This document shows, piece by piece, positions 37,414 through 46,501 of a DNA stretch of 64,000 bases (within the stretch, counting starts at the first letter, position 1; the number at the start of each line of letters is the position of its first letter). A model generated the notes under the pieces. It made no database searches and was not told the origin of the DNA. It saw only the letters and a list, made by a program, of their open reading frames with translations. The stretch is taken from contig JANTGF010000007.1 in the NCBI GenBank assembly GCA_024763075.1, positions 17,879 through 81,878 on the forward strand, given 5' to 3'. This stretch comes from Bacteroidales bacterium (lineage in GTDB: Bacteria; Bacteroidota; Bacteroidia; Bacteroidales; VadinHA17). The position numbers and the translations under genes were made by a program.

Positions 37414-39366
37414 TTGCTAAAAAGAACTTTATTTCTGATTTTAATCCTTTTCCCCTATTCCTTGTTTGGACAGGATAAATCAGAAATAGAGCGTCTGTAT
37501 TACAGAGCTGAGTATTTAAGAACAAACAAAAAATACGAAAAAGCACTTTCGGTTTATCTTTCCCTTTTAGAAAACGGACTGAATAACGCTAACCTCAGTT
37601 ACAAAACCGGAATTACCTGTTTACAAATCCCGGACAAAAAAGAACAATCCATACTTTTTTTGTTAAAAGCTTCTGAAAAAACCACAAAAAAGTATAATAA
37701 TGAGTTTAGCTTTAAGGAGAAAAAAGCTCCTGTAGAAGCCTTTTTGTATCTCGGAGATGCTTACCTGAAAAATAACCAACTGGAAAAAGCATCAAAGTAT
37801 TACCATCAGTATAAAAAGAAGTCTGCCAAAAAAAAGGATAAGGAAATTGCAGATGTCAGAATTCGCCAGTGTCAATATGCTAAAGTATTGAAAAAATCAC
37901 CTTTAGAAATCGATTTTATAAAACTTCCCGTCAGGACTCCGGACAGCTTCAACTTTAATGCAGCTTTGTCCGCAAATGCAAAATCAATTGTTTACAATGC
38001 TAAGAGGAAAGATTACATAGCTGTTTATTATTCAAAAATAATTGATGGAGAATGGACAAAGCCCCGGAACATTTCGACTGAAGTTGAATCGGATGGAGAT
38101 TACCTGGTCTCATCACTCTCTTTTGATGGTAAAACTCTTTACTTAATTAATCAGGAACCCGGGGATGATGACATATATATAAGCTCATTGCAAAACGGCC
38201 GGTGGACGAAAGCTATCCCGCTTAAGGGCAGGGCAAATTCTATATCGAATGAAACCCATGCAGTAAGTACAACAGATGGAAAATATCTTTATATTGTCAG
38301 TGACCGCATGGGTGGAAAAGGAGGATCGGACATTTACCGTTTGGAATCCGATGGAAAAGAGAAATGGAACCATATAAAAAACCTTGGGGCCTTAATAAAT
38401 ACAAAAGACGATGAAGCATCCCCCTTCCTTAATAAAAGCGAAGACACTCTTTTCTTTAGCTCAAAAGGACATCAAACCATGGGAGGCTATGATGTGTTTT
38501 CAATACCTCTTGATAAAGAAGATTCTTTAATTAAGGCGGTAAATATTGGATATCCTGTAAACACTACAGAAGATGATCTCTTCTTTATACCCTGGCGTAA
38601 TGACACTCTTGGTTTCATATCAAAAACTGACAGTGCTTTTGCCTCAAAAAAAACAATTTTCATTGCAGGCAATTTCAAAAATATTTCTCCTGAAAAATTT
38701 CCGGTAAATATTCAGATAATTTCCAAAGACGGTTCTAATATTCTATTAAACAATCTTGAAGTTCAACTAAATGATGGTTCCGGAAACCCGTATATTACCT
38801 TTCTTACTCCTGATAAAAATGGTAATTTCAACCTCACACTTCCGGAAGGGAGATATACTTTAATCATTAATGGAAATGACATCCTGCAAAAATCCAAAGT
38901 TCTGGATATTAACAGAAAAGTATTATCTATAAATAAAATAATGGTAACAGTATCTCCAATAAAATCAGAGACTGAATACCCGGCTTACCACATTTCACCC
39001 GTTTTCTTTAAGTTTAATTCTTTTTCTCTTGACCAAAATGCAAAAGTCAATTTAGATACACTAACCCAGGCTTTAGATTATTATCCTTTTGTTCATATTC
39101 ATATAAACGGTTATACCGACAGTAAAGGCAGCTCTTTATACAACAGAAATCTTTCAGAGAAAAGAGCAAAATCAGTACTTAATTACCTAATATCCAAGGG
39201 CATTAATAAAACCCGGATTACTATTTCTGGAAAAGGAGAAGATAATCCGGTAAAAAAGAACACCCTGCCTGATGGCAAAGATAACCCGGAAGGAAGAAAA
39301 ATTAATCGCAGGGTAAGCTTTTCATTCTACGGAAATGGTTCTGAAAATCTTAAAACCAAAGATTAA
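37414..39366 (+). CDS. envelope protein: TPR + PD40/TolB-like propeller + OmpA-like domain (paralog 3, most diverged)
   Basis: TTG start with signal LKRTLFLILILFPYSLFG|Q. PD40 motif ETHAVSTTDGKYLYIVSDRMGGKGGSDIYR. OmpA_C motifs GYTDSKGSSLYNRNLSEKRAKSV and NRRVSF. Confidence 0.75.
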   Translation: MLKRTLFLILILFPYSLFGQDKSEIERLYYRAEYLRTNKKYEKALSVYLSLLENGLNNANLSYKTGITCLQIPDKKEQSILFLLKASEKTTKKYNNEFSFKEKKAPVEAFLYLGDAYLKNNQLEKASKYYHQYKKKSAKKKDKEIADVRIRQCQYAKVLKKSPLEIDFIKLPVRTPDSFNFNAALSANAKSIVYNAKRKDYIAVYYSKIIDGEWTKPRNISTEVESDGDYLVSSLSFDGKTLYLINQEPGDDDIYISSLQNGRWTKAIPLKGRANSISNETHAVSTTDGKYLYIVSDRMGGKGGSDIYRLESDGKEKWNHIKNLGALINTKDDEASPFLNKSEDTLFFSSKGHQTMGGYDVFSIPLDKEDSLIKAVNIGYPVNTTEDDLFFIPWRNDTLGFISKTDSAFASKKTIFIAGNFKNISPEKFPVNIQIISKDGSNILLNNLEVQLNDGSGNPYITFLTPDKNGNFNLTLPEGRYTLIINGNDILQKSKVLDINRKVLSINKIMVTVSPIKSETEYPAYHISPVFFKFNSFSLDQNAKVNLDTLTQALDYYPFVHIHINGYTDSKGSSLYNRNLSEKRAKSVLNYLISKGINKTRITISGKGEDNPVKKNTLPDGKDNPEGRKINRRVSFSFYGNGSENLKTKD

Positions 39367-39462
39367 TATTTCCGTATAACATGGTGTGAACTAGAATCTT
39401 TAAGTTAAATCTCATATCAAGATAATTATTTTAGCAATTATATTTTACTTGCTGAATAGTTA

Positions 39463-39470
39463 TATATTTG
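39463..39470 (+). promoter_or_regulatory. Bacteroidota -7 box TATATTTG
   Basis: TAnnTTTG match 46 nt upstream of the ATG at 39517 and only 7 nt before the track start at 39478. This favours the downstream start. Confidence 0.4.
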
Positions 39471-39516
39471 TATCCTAATGAATAAATACAACACTCAACT
39501 TAATTACACTAAGACT

Positions 39517-40998
39517 ATGAAGAAGTTTTTCATACTCATAATTACAATCATTATCATCCTGCCTTTTCATGCAAATAGCCAGGAAAATCAGCCTCTATCT
39601 GAAACCTTGAATGATGGCAACTATTTTTACAACAGAGAAGATTATAAAGAAGCAGTTTATCATTATCTCAAGTTATACGGGACTGATCTTATGAACCCGA
39701 ATATTAACTATAAAATTGGAATTTGTTACCTTAACATAAGTGGAGAAGAATCAAAGGCTATTCCGTTTCTTGAGGAGGCGGTTAAAGATATCAGTCCGAA
39801 ATACAAAAAGAAATCAGACAAGGAAACTCATGCTCCCGAATATGCCCTGTATTATCTAGGGAATGCCTATCGGGTTAACAATGAATTGGACAAAGCACTT
39901 GAGGCTTATTACAAGTTTAAAAACCTTCCTGGTTTTGAAAATAAATTCAACCTGGAAGTACTCAACAATGAAATAAAAGCATGCGAGAAAGCCAAGATAA
40001 TACAAGATATTCCTGTGAATGCCAGGTTTACAAATGTTGGTCCTGCTGTAAATTCAAGTACTTCTAATTTTAATCCTGTATTATCATCTTCTGAAACCTT
40101 TATGGTTTTTATGAAAGAATTGAAATTTTATAATGGTATTTTTATGAGCAGGAAAGAAGCGGGTGCCTGGCAGGAGCCTGAAAACATTACACCACAGGTA
40201 GGTTCAGATGGGGATGTAGTTCCCACATATCTTAGCCCGGATGGTATGATACTTTATCTTGTAAAAGGAAAAGGAGATGAAAGAGACATCTATGAAAGTA
40301 CCTTCAACGGACAACGGTGGTCTTTGATGAAAAAATTAAACTCTAATATCAATACCGATAAAGCTGAGACTCATGCTTCATTATCAACAGATGGAAAAAC
40401 ACTTTACTTTACAAGCAACCGGAAAGGGGGCATTGGCGGAATGGACATATATAAATCCATCAGAAAAGACGATGGTACCTGGGGGAAAGTAAAAAATCTC
40501 GGAGGTACAATAAATACCCCGTTTAATGAAGAGACTCCCTTCGTTTCTGCCGATAACTCAACCCTCTTTTTCAGTTCTCAAAGCCACTATACAATGGGTG
40601 GTTATGACATATTCTATTCCATTCTGGAAGATAATAAATGGGGAACCCCTATCAACATTGGCTTCCCCATAAACACTACAGGAGATGACCTTTTTTATTT
40701 CCCTTTAGGAAACGGACTTGTAGGATACATTTCCAGGGTTATGGATACGGGATTTGGAAAAGAAGACATTTACAGAGTTGAAATCACTCCCGATGAAAGA
40801 ACCAAACTTGCAGCTGAAAGAGGCACCATAGACATGGCTGGTAAATCCATTAAATATTCAAAAGATTTTGAACTCCAGATAAAAGATAAAGCTACCGGAC
40901 AGGTTACAGGCACCATTATTTATAATAAGAAAACAGGAAAACTTTTTTATGTAAGTAAGACAGGGAATATGAGTTTTACTTTTGAAGAAAAAGATTAA
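39517..40998 (+). CDS. envelope protein: TPR + PD40/TolB-like propeller, no anchoring domain (paralog 4)
   Basis: Start chosen at MKKFFILIITIIIILPFHANS|Q. Motifs NPNINYKIGICYLNISGEESKAIPFLEEAVKD, ETHASLSTDGKTLYFTSNRKGGIGGMDIYK and FPINTTGDDLFY. The protein ends about 70 aa after the propeller. Confidence 0.7.
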   Translation: MKKFFILIITIIIILPFHANSQENQPLSETLNDGNYFYNREDYKEAVYHYLKLYGTDLMNPNINYKIGICYLNISGEESKAIPFLEEAVKDISPKYKKKSDKETHAPEYALYYLGNAYRVNNELDKALEAYYKFKNLPGFENKFNLEVLNNEIKACEKAKIIQDIPVNARFTNVGPAVNSSTSNFNPVLSSSETFMVFMKELKFYNGIFMSRKEAGAWQEPENITPQVGSDGDVVPTYLSPDGMILYLVKGKGDERDIYESTFNGQRWSLMKKLNSNINTDKAETHASLSTDGKTLYFTSNRKGGIGGMDIYKSIRKDDGTWGKVKNLGGTINTPFNEETPFVSADNSTLFFSSQSHYTMGGYDIFYSILEDNKWGTPINIGFPINTTGDDLFYFPLGNGLVGYISRVMDTGFGKEDIYRVEITPDERTKLAAERGTIDMAGKSIKYSKDFELQIKDKATGQVTGTIIYNKKTGKLFYVSKTGNMSFTFEEKD

Positions 40999-41017
40999 AA
41001 TATGCCTGAAACAGATT

Positions 41018-41326
41018 ATGCTTTTCTTAACATCAAATAAATTTAAAACTTTTTCCCTTATTCCCTTTTTATGCTTATTCCCAATAATTATTTTGGCTCA
41101 AACAAACAGGCAATTTAAAAAGTTGTTTATTAAAGCCGAGGGTTATTTTCTTTTTGAAGAAGATCACCATCTTGCCGTTCCAATATATCTTAAACTGCTT
41201 GAGCAGGATCCGGGTAACGCTAACCTGAATTACAAAATTGGAGTTTGTTACCTTTCCATTCCCGGGAAAAAGCGGGAGGCAGTATCTTATCTTGAAGAAG
41301 CAGTTAAAAGACGATTTTGGACTTAA
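41018..41326 (+). pseudogene. truncated fifth paralog (signal peptide + first TPR only)
   Basis: MLFLTSNKFKTFSLIPFLCLFPIIILA|Q..., then FLFEEDHHLAVPIYLKLLEQDPGNANLNYKIGVCYLSIPGKKREAVSYLEEAVK, then RRFWT-stop. Homology to paralogs 1-4 ends at about 41305. Confidence 0.55.
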
Positions 41327-41374
41327 AAATGCATTTATTAAAGAGATTAAGGATCTTAATAATTAGTTAATCCC

Positions 41375-41920
41375 ATGCAAAAAGAATTCTCTTTTCGAAA
41401 AAACAACATTTTACTCAGAGCTCCTGAACCGGAGGATATTCATCTTCTCTATGACTGGGAGAATGATCCTGACTTATGGGAATTGAGTAACACGCTAACT
41501 CCTGTTTCAATGCACACAATTGAACAATTTGTTCAGGATTCCAGACTGGATATATATCAAACGAAACAATTCAGATGGATGATCGTATTGATTTCTAATA
41601 AAAAAAAGGAGACCATCGGAACCATTGATTTATTTGATTTTGAACCTCTTCACAAACGGGTTGGAATCGGAATATTGATCCGGGATATTTCATTTCGAAG
41701 ACTGGGGTATGCCTCCGATGCTTTGTCTCTGGTAATTGATTACTGCTTCCGGATACTTCAACTTCATCAGGTCTATTGCAATATCTCAGAGAAAAATACT
41801 GCCAGCCTGGCTTTATTCCAGAAATTCGGATTTAAAATATCCGGCAAGAAAATTGACTGGCTTTATAATCAAAGAAAGTGGGAAAATGAACTTTTGCTTC
41901 AACTGCTGAACCCCGAATAA
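41375..41920 (+). CDS. GNAT family N-acetyltransferase (RimJ/RimL-like)
   Basis: 181 aa. LRAPEPEDIHLLYDWEND and a RRLGYASDAL acetyl-CoA-binding-type motif. Confidence 0.8.
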   Translation: MQKEFSFRKNNILLRAPEPEDIHLLYDWENDPDLWELSNTLTPVSMHTIEQFVQDSRLDIYQTKQFRWMIVLISNKKKETIGTIDLFDFEPLHKRVGIGILIRDISFRRLGYASDALSLVIDYCFRILQLHQVYCNISEKNTASLALFQKFGFKISGKKIDWLYNQRKWENELLLQLLNPE

Positions 41921-41926
41921 TTCATT

Positions 41927-42385
41927 TTAATCGGGTGCAATTTCCTTAAATTCTGGAATATCTTTCAAAAAATGATATGCTTTATTCTCATGATCAATTT
42001 GACAACAATAGTGATCCATCCCATTGGTCACTAACAGGTATTTAACCTTAATACTCATATTATAGCGGGCAATCTGATCAAATACCTTTTGTGAGATTTT
42101 TACCGAAGGAGCCTTACATTCAACAATCAACACCGGTTTACCCTTCCGGTTATAAACAAGAATATCACTTCTTCTCAACCTGTTGTTTAATTTAAAACCC
42201 ATTTCAATTTTTATTAAAGAGGCAGGATAATTCTTTTCAAAAATCAGGAATTGAATAAAATTCTGCCTCACCCATTCTTCGGGGGTTAAAACAACCTGTT
42301 TCTTCCGTAAGGGATCAAATATCCAGTTTTTCCCACCTGAGGAAGATATCCTGAAATCGTATTCCGGCAAATTTAATCTATCCAT
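41927..42385 (-). CDS. stand-alone HsdR-N-terminal-like PD-(D/E)xK nuclease-fold protein
   Basis: ATG at 42385 (the track TTG is at 42397). EEWVRQNFIQFL...RRSDILVY...PVLIVECKAP fits the D...ExK pattern of type I HsdR N-terminal-like domains. No hsdM or hsdS is nearby. Confidence 0.6.
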   Translation of the reverse strand: MDRLNLPEYDFRISSSGGKNWIFDPLRKKQVVLTPEEWVRQNFIQFLIFEKNYPASLIKIEMGFKLNNRLRRSDILVYNRKGKPVLIVECKAPSVKISQKVFDQIARYNMSIKVKYLLVTNGMDHYCCQIDHENKAYHFLKDIPEFKEIAPD

Positions 42386-42549
42386 AAACCCGCACAATTT
42401 AGTATATTCGCAAAAGTAATAAAAAGAAGTGTCTTGTCATTTTTCATTTAACAACTTGTACATTTCAGGATTTAGGTATTAACAAATTAATGGATTTCAA
42501 ATACATAGGCATCAATCTTTTTTACAAAGTATAATATATTCTTAAACAT

Positions 42550-43320
42550 ATGAAGACAAAAGAAGAAATAGTAAACAACTGGCTCCCAAGATATACAGGC
42601 ACAGATATTTCAAAACTTGGAAAATGCATCCTGCTGACTAATTTTTTTCATTATGTTGAACTTTTTGCGAAGTGGAATGATGTTCAGATTGACGGAATGG
42701 ACAGTAATATGCCGAATGCTACTGCAAATGGCATTAGCATCATTGATTTTGGAATGGGAAGCCCGAATGCAGCCACAATAATGGATCTTTTAGGGGCAAT
42801 TAAACCAAAAGCTGTGATTTTTCTGGGAAAATGTGGCGGACTCAAGCAAAAAAATAAACTGGGAGACCTCATTCTGCCTATTGCAGCCATCCGGAGTGAT
42901 GGAACTTCAAATGATTATCTGCCTCCTGAAGTTCCGGCATTGCCTTCATTTAACCTGCAAAAAATAATTTCCGATGCAATCGTTCACTCTAAAAAGGACT
43001 ATTGGACGGGTACAGTTTACACGACCAATCGGCGTGTCTGGGAATATGATGAAAGATTTAAAAGGTATTTGCATAAAACCAGGGCAATGGCAATTGATAT
43101 GGAAACAGCCACCATTTTTACAGTTGGATTTGCAAATGAAATCCCAACAGGTGCACTACTTCTGGTATCTGACCAACCCATGATCTCAACCGGAATTAAA
43201 ACAGAAGAAAGCGATAAAGAAGTAACCGGAAATTTTGTGGAAGACCATTTAAAAATTGGAATTGAAGCTTTATTAAAGTTGAGAAAAATGGGAGTCTCCG
43301 TTAAACATCTGAAATTCTAA
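42550..43320 (+). CDS. PNP_UDP_1 family nucleosidase (short AMP-nucleosidase type)
   Basis: 256 aa. GMGSPNAATIMDLL, FLGKCGG and AIDMETATIF are characteristic of the nucleoside phosphorylase / AMP nucleosidase catalytic fold. Confidence 0.7.
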   Translation: MKTKEEIVNNWLPRYTGTDISKLGKCILLTNFFHYVELFAKWNDVQIDGMDSNMPNATANGISIIDFGMGSPNAATIMDLLGAIKPKAVIFLGKCGGLKQKNKLGDLILPIAAIRSDGTSNDYLPPEVPALPSFNLQKIISDAIVHSKKDYWTGTVYTTNRRVWEYDERFKRYLHKTRAMAIDMETATIFTVGFANEIPTGALLLVSDQPMISTGIKTEESDKEVTGNFVEDHLKIGIEALLKLRKMGVSVKHLKF

Positions 43321-43324
43321 TGGA

Positions 43325-44326
43325 ATGACCTACGAGCAAATTATTTCAAATCTACGAAAAAAAATCTATCATCCTGTCTATTTTTTAACCGGAGAGGAAC
43401 CGTATTATATCGACAGGATTACTGAGTATATTGAGAAAAATATACTGACTGAATCAGAAAAAACTTTTAATCAAATTGTTTTTTATGGAAAAGATACGGA
43501 TATCGGTACCGTAATAAATACGGCAAAAAGATTCCCTATGATGGCAAATTATCAGGTTGTCATTGTAAAAGAGGCACAAAACATTAAAGAAATCGATAAA
43601 CTGATCTACTACATTGAGAATCCGTTAAAATCAACGATTCTTGTCCTGAACTATAAATACAAGGAACTTGACAAAAGGAAGAAGCTCTATAAATCTCTCA
43701 ACAAACATTGTATTGTTTTTAATTCAAAAAAAATATACGAGGATAAAATCCCGGGATGGATACAAAACTTCTTAAGCGAGAAGGGTTTTTCCATTGAGCC
43801 TGGAATTGGAATTGTTTTAACAGATTTTCTGGGTAGTGATCTAAGCAGAATTGTGAATGAACTGGAAAAGCTGATTATTGTAATGCCAAAAGGTGAAACA
43901 TTGATTACAGCTGATCTGGTTGAAAAAAACATTGGCATAAGTAAAGAATTCAACAACCTCGAATTCAATAAAGCACTGGGAAGAAAAGACATTTTAAAAG
44001 CCTACAGAATTGCAAACTATTTTTGTAAGAATCCAAACAGCAATCCTTTAACCTTAACTATTTCATCCCTCTATTATTTTTTCAGTAAAGTACTGGCCTA
44101 TCATTTTGTAAAAGACAAATCCCGGTCGAACCTGGCATCAAAACTAAAAATCAATCCATTCTTCATTTCTGAATATCAGGCAGCAGCCCGGCTTTATTCT
44201 ACAGGCAAAATTGCACATATAATCTCGTTGCTACGAAAATATGATCTTAAATCAAAAGGAATGGGAAATGTGAGCATGACTGATTGCGAGTTGCTTAAAG
44301 AACTTACATACCATATCCTGCATTAA
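43325..44326 (+). CDS. holA: DNA polymerase III subunit delta
   Basis: 333 aa. The N-terminal PVYFLTGEEPYYID pattern and size are typical of HolA. Starts 4 nt after the previous gene. Confidence 0.8.
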   Translation: MTYEQIISNLRKKIYHPVYFLTGEEPYYIDRITEYIEKNILTESEKTFNQIVFYGKDTDIGTVINTAKRFPMMANYQVVIVKEAQNIKEIDKLIYYIENPLKSTILVLNYKYKELDKRKKLYKSLNKHCIVFNSKKIYEDKIPGWIQNFLSEKGFSIEPGIGIVLTDFLGSDLSRIVNELEKLIIVMPKGETLITADLVEKNIGISKEFNNLEFNKALGRKDILKAYRIANYFCKNPNSNPLTLTISSLYYFFSKVLAYHFVKDKSRSNLASKLKINPFFISEYQAAARLYSTGKIAHIISLLRKYDLKSKGMGNVSMTDCELLKELTYHILH

Positions 44327-44328
44327 TT

Positions 44329-44940
44329 ATGACTTTAATTATCATTGCCTTAACCATAATCATTTCGGTTTACACATTTCAAAACAACCATTTGTTTAAC
44401 AAGTTACTTCTTAATCCTTTCAGACTGATTCATAATAAAGAATATTTCAGAATTATTACCCATGGCTTTATACATGCGGACTGGACCCATCTTCTGGTAA
44501 ACATGTTTGTTTTGTTTTCTTTCGGCAAAGCCATAGAAATGTATTTGGGAAACCTTAAAAGCCTGGGATACATACACAATATTCAAATACAATTTCTCAT
44601 TCTGTACCTGGGTGGTATTATTATCTCATCAATACCTTCAATTGTTAAGCACAAGAATGATTCCTGGTATAATTCCCTGGGAGCATCAGGTGGAGTCTCC
44701 AGTGTTGTTTTTGCCAGTATCTTCTTTGATCCTTTAAATATTATCTATTTATATTTCATCCCGATTCCCGGAATCGTTTTTGGAGTACTTTATCTGGTCT
44801 ATTCTCAATACATGAGTAAAAAAAACAGGGGAAATATAAATCACGAAGCTCATTTTACCGGAGCTGTTTTCGGATTTCTTTATCCCATCATCATCCACCC
44901 CGGTCTTATAAAGGTTTTTTTCAGCCAGCTTCATTTTTAA
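44329..44940 (+). CDS. rhomboid family intramembrane serine protease
   Basis: Six TM helices with HLLVNM and the GASGGV catalytic Ser motif plus a downstream His. Confidence 0.8.
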   Translation: MTLIIIALTIIISVYTFQNNHLFNKLLLNPFRLIHNKEYFRIITHGFIHADWTHLLVNMFVLFSFGKAIEMYLGNLKSLGYIHNIQIQFLILYLGGIIISSIPSIVKHKNDSWYNSLGASGGVSSVVFASIFFDPLNIIYLYFIPIPGIVFGVLYLVYSQYMSKKNRGNINHEAHFTGAVFGFLYPIIIHPGLIKVFFSQLHF

Positions 44941-44972
44941 AAACTCTTTACAGACAAAGAAAAAAGAGTATG

Positions 44973-45581
44973 CTAATTTAAATCCGGGTTCTCAGGAAAA
45001 CGGGCCCAGAGTTTGTATTTTTTTCCCAATCGGCGCACTGCTTTTTTCCAACTGTCGGGATTCAGGTTATTCATGATTTCCTCTTCATCCATTTCAGCAC
45101 AAATCCATGAATTTTCCGATATTTCCCTGTCTAATTGTTTTGGAGCCCAACCGGAATAACCAATAAAAAACCTAATTTTATCAGGGCTAATGGATTTTGA
45201 TGTCAGTAATTCCTTAACGGCTTCGAATTCACCCCCCCAGCAGATATTTTTATAGACTTTAACACTATTGGGTATGATGTCACCCAAAGTATGAATATAA
45301 TGCACCGTATTTGTGCCAACCGGACCGCCAACAGTAAGGAGATTCCCACTTTCAGGAAAATCTTTTAACATTTCATTTAACTTTAAGCTGACAGGTTTGT
45401 TCAGCACAAACCCCACAGCTCCCTTCTCACTGTATTCTGTAAGAAAAACAACAGATCGCTTAAAATACTGGTCACCCAGGTAGGGCTCTGAAATCAGCAC
45501 TTTACCCACTCCTGGTCTTGCAAGCTCAGGGTTTATCGAAAAGAAATCAAAATCTAAAGCCATATCATAAAATTTGTTCAA
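44973..45581 (-). CDS. YqgE/AlgH family protein
   Basis: 202 aa. The pattern FKRSVVFLTEYSEKGAVGFVLNKP...GGPV...GYSGW is typical of UPF0301/AlgH. Confidence 0.8.
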   Translation of the reverse strand: MNKFYDMALDFDFFSINPELARPGVGKVLISEPYLGDQYFKRSVVFLTEYSEKGAVGFVLNKPVSLKLNEMLKDFPESGNLLTVGGPVGTNTVHYIHTLGDIIPNSVKVYKNICWGGEFEAVKELLTSKSISPDKIRFFIGYSGWAPKQLDREISENSWICAEMDEEEIMNNLNPDSWKKAVRRLGKKYKLWARFPENPDLN

Positions 45582-45685
45582 TTAAAGTTATTAATTTTTA
45601 TAGAATAATAAAAGCTTTTAGATATCTTTATTTCTCATTATTAGAAATATTTTCATTTTCTTTACAAATAAAGAACAACTATATT

Positions 45686-45701
45686 TAATTTTGTACTTTT
45701 G
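45686..45701 (+). promoter_or_regulatory. two adjacent -7 boxes TAATTTTG / TACTTTTG
   Basis: TAnnTTTG matches at 45686-45693 and 45694-45701, 20-28 nt upstream of the ATG at 45721. Confidence 0.4.
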
Positions 45702-45720
45702 TAAAAATTTTAGTTATAAG

Positions 45721-46497
45721 ATGCTTAAAAATCTCACCCGGATTACCGGTATAATTTTCATTATAGCTTTTTCCTCATGTACCACTAAAAAGCAGCTTAC
45801 TTATCTGCAAAATGTTGACTCCCTGCCGGAAGGCACTGTCTATTTTAAGGAACCTATTGAGTACCATATCCAAAATCAGGATATACTGTACATTAAGGTA
45901 ATCAGCTTAAATGATGAAGTGAATGAATTAATTAATACTTTCTCAAGTCGTTATTCACAGAACATGTTCCAAAATGAGATCAGTCTCTTCCTGTATGGAT
46001 ATTCCGTGAATGACTCAGGATTTGTTGATATCCCAACCATTGGCAAGGTGAATGTGCTTGGGAAAACCCTGGAGGAAGCAAGAGAGGCAATTACTGCAAA
46101 AATCGGAAACTCTATCAGGAATGCAACCGTCATAGTCAAGTTACTGAGTTTAAGCGTATCTGTTCTCGGAGAAGTCAGGAAACCAGGCATCTATCAAAAT
46201 TACAATAACCAGTTTACTATTCTGGAAGCCCTGAGTAAAGCCGGTGATGTTACAGACTACGGAGACCGTAAAAAAGTACTTGTAATCAGGCCAACAAAAA
46301 AAGAGGTGAAAACGTTCCGGGTTGACTTAACAGACAAAAAGCTGCTTTCGTCGGAAGCATTTTTTCTGTTGCCAAATGATATCGTTTACGTTGAACCTAT
46401 TAAAAGTAAAAGTTTCAGGATTAATATCCCTACGATGACCCTGGTTTTATCAACTATTTCTACCCTTATTCTGGTACTAAGTTTTGTTTTAAAATAA
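45721..46497 (+). CDS. polysaccharide export protein (Wza-like)
   Basis: ATG at 45721 with lipobox AFSSC. YHIQNQDILYIKV is the Poly_export motif. An SLBB-like domain is present (GEVRKPGIY). Confidence 0.8.
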   Translation: MLKNLTRITGIIFIIAFSSCTTKKQLTYLQNVDSLPEGTVYFKEPIEYHIQNQDILYIKVISLNDEVNELINTFSSRYSQNMFQNEISLFLYGYSVNDSGFVDIPTIGKVNVLGKTLEEAREAITAKIGNSIRNATVIVKLLSLSVSVLGEVRKPGIYQNYNNQFTILEALSKAGDVTDYGDRKKVLVIRPTKKEVKTFRVDLTDKKLLSSEAFFLLPNDIVYVEPIKSKSFRINIPTMTLVLSTISTLILVLSFVLK

Positions 46498-46501
46498 TTC
46501 A

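Noticed and set aside
41927-42385. Restriction-modification or defence locus around the HsdR-N-like gene
   Set aside because: This is a stand-alone 152-aa nuclease-fold protein with no methylase, specificity subunit, helicase or other defence genes nearby. The neighbours are a GNAT and a nucleosidase.
44943-44969. ACTCTTT...AAAGAGT dyad between the convergent rhomboid and yqgE genes as a terminator
   Set aside because: It has a 7-bp AT-rich stem, a 13-nt loop and no clear T-run on either side. That is too weak to call.
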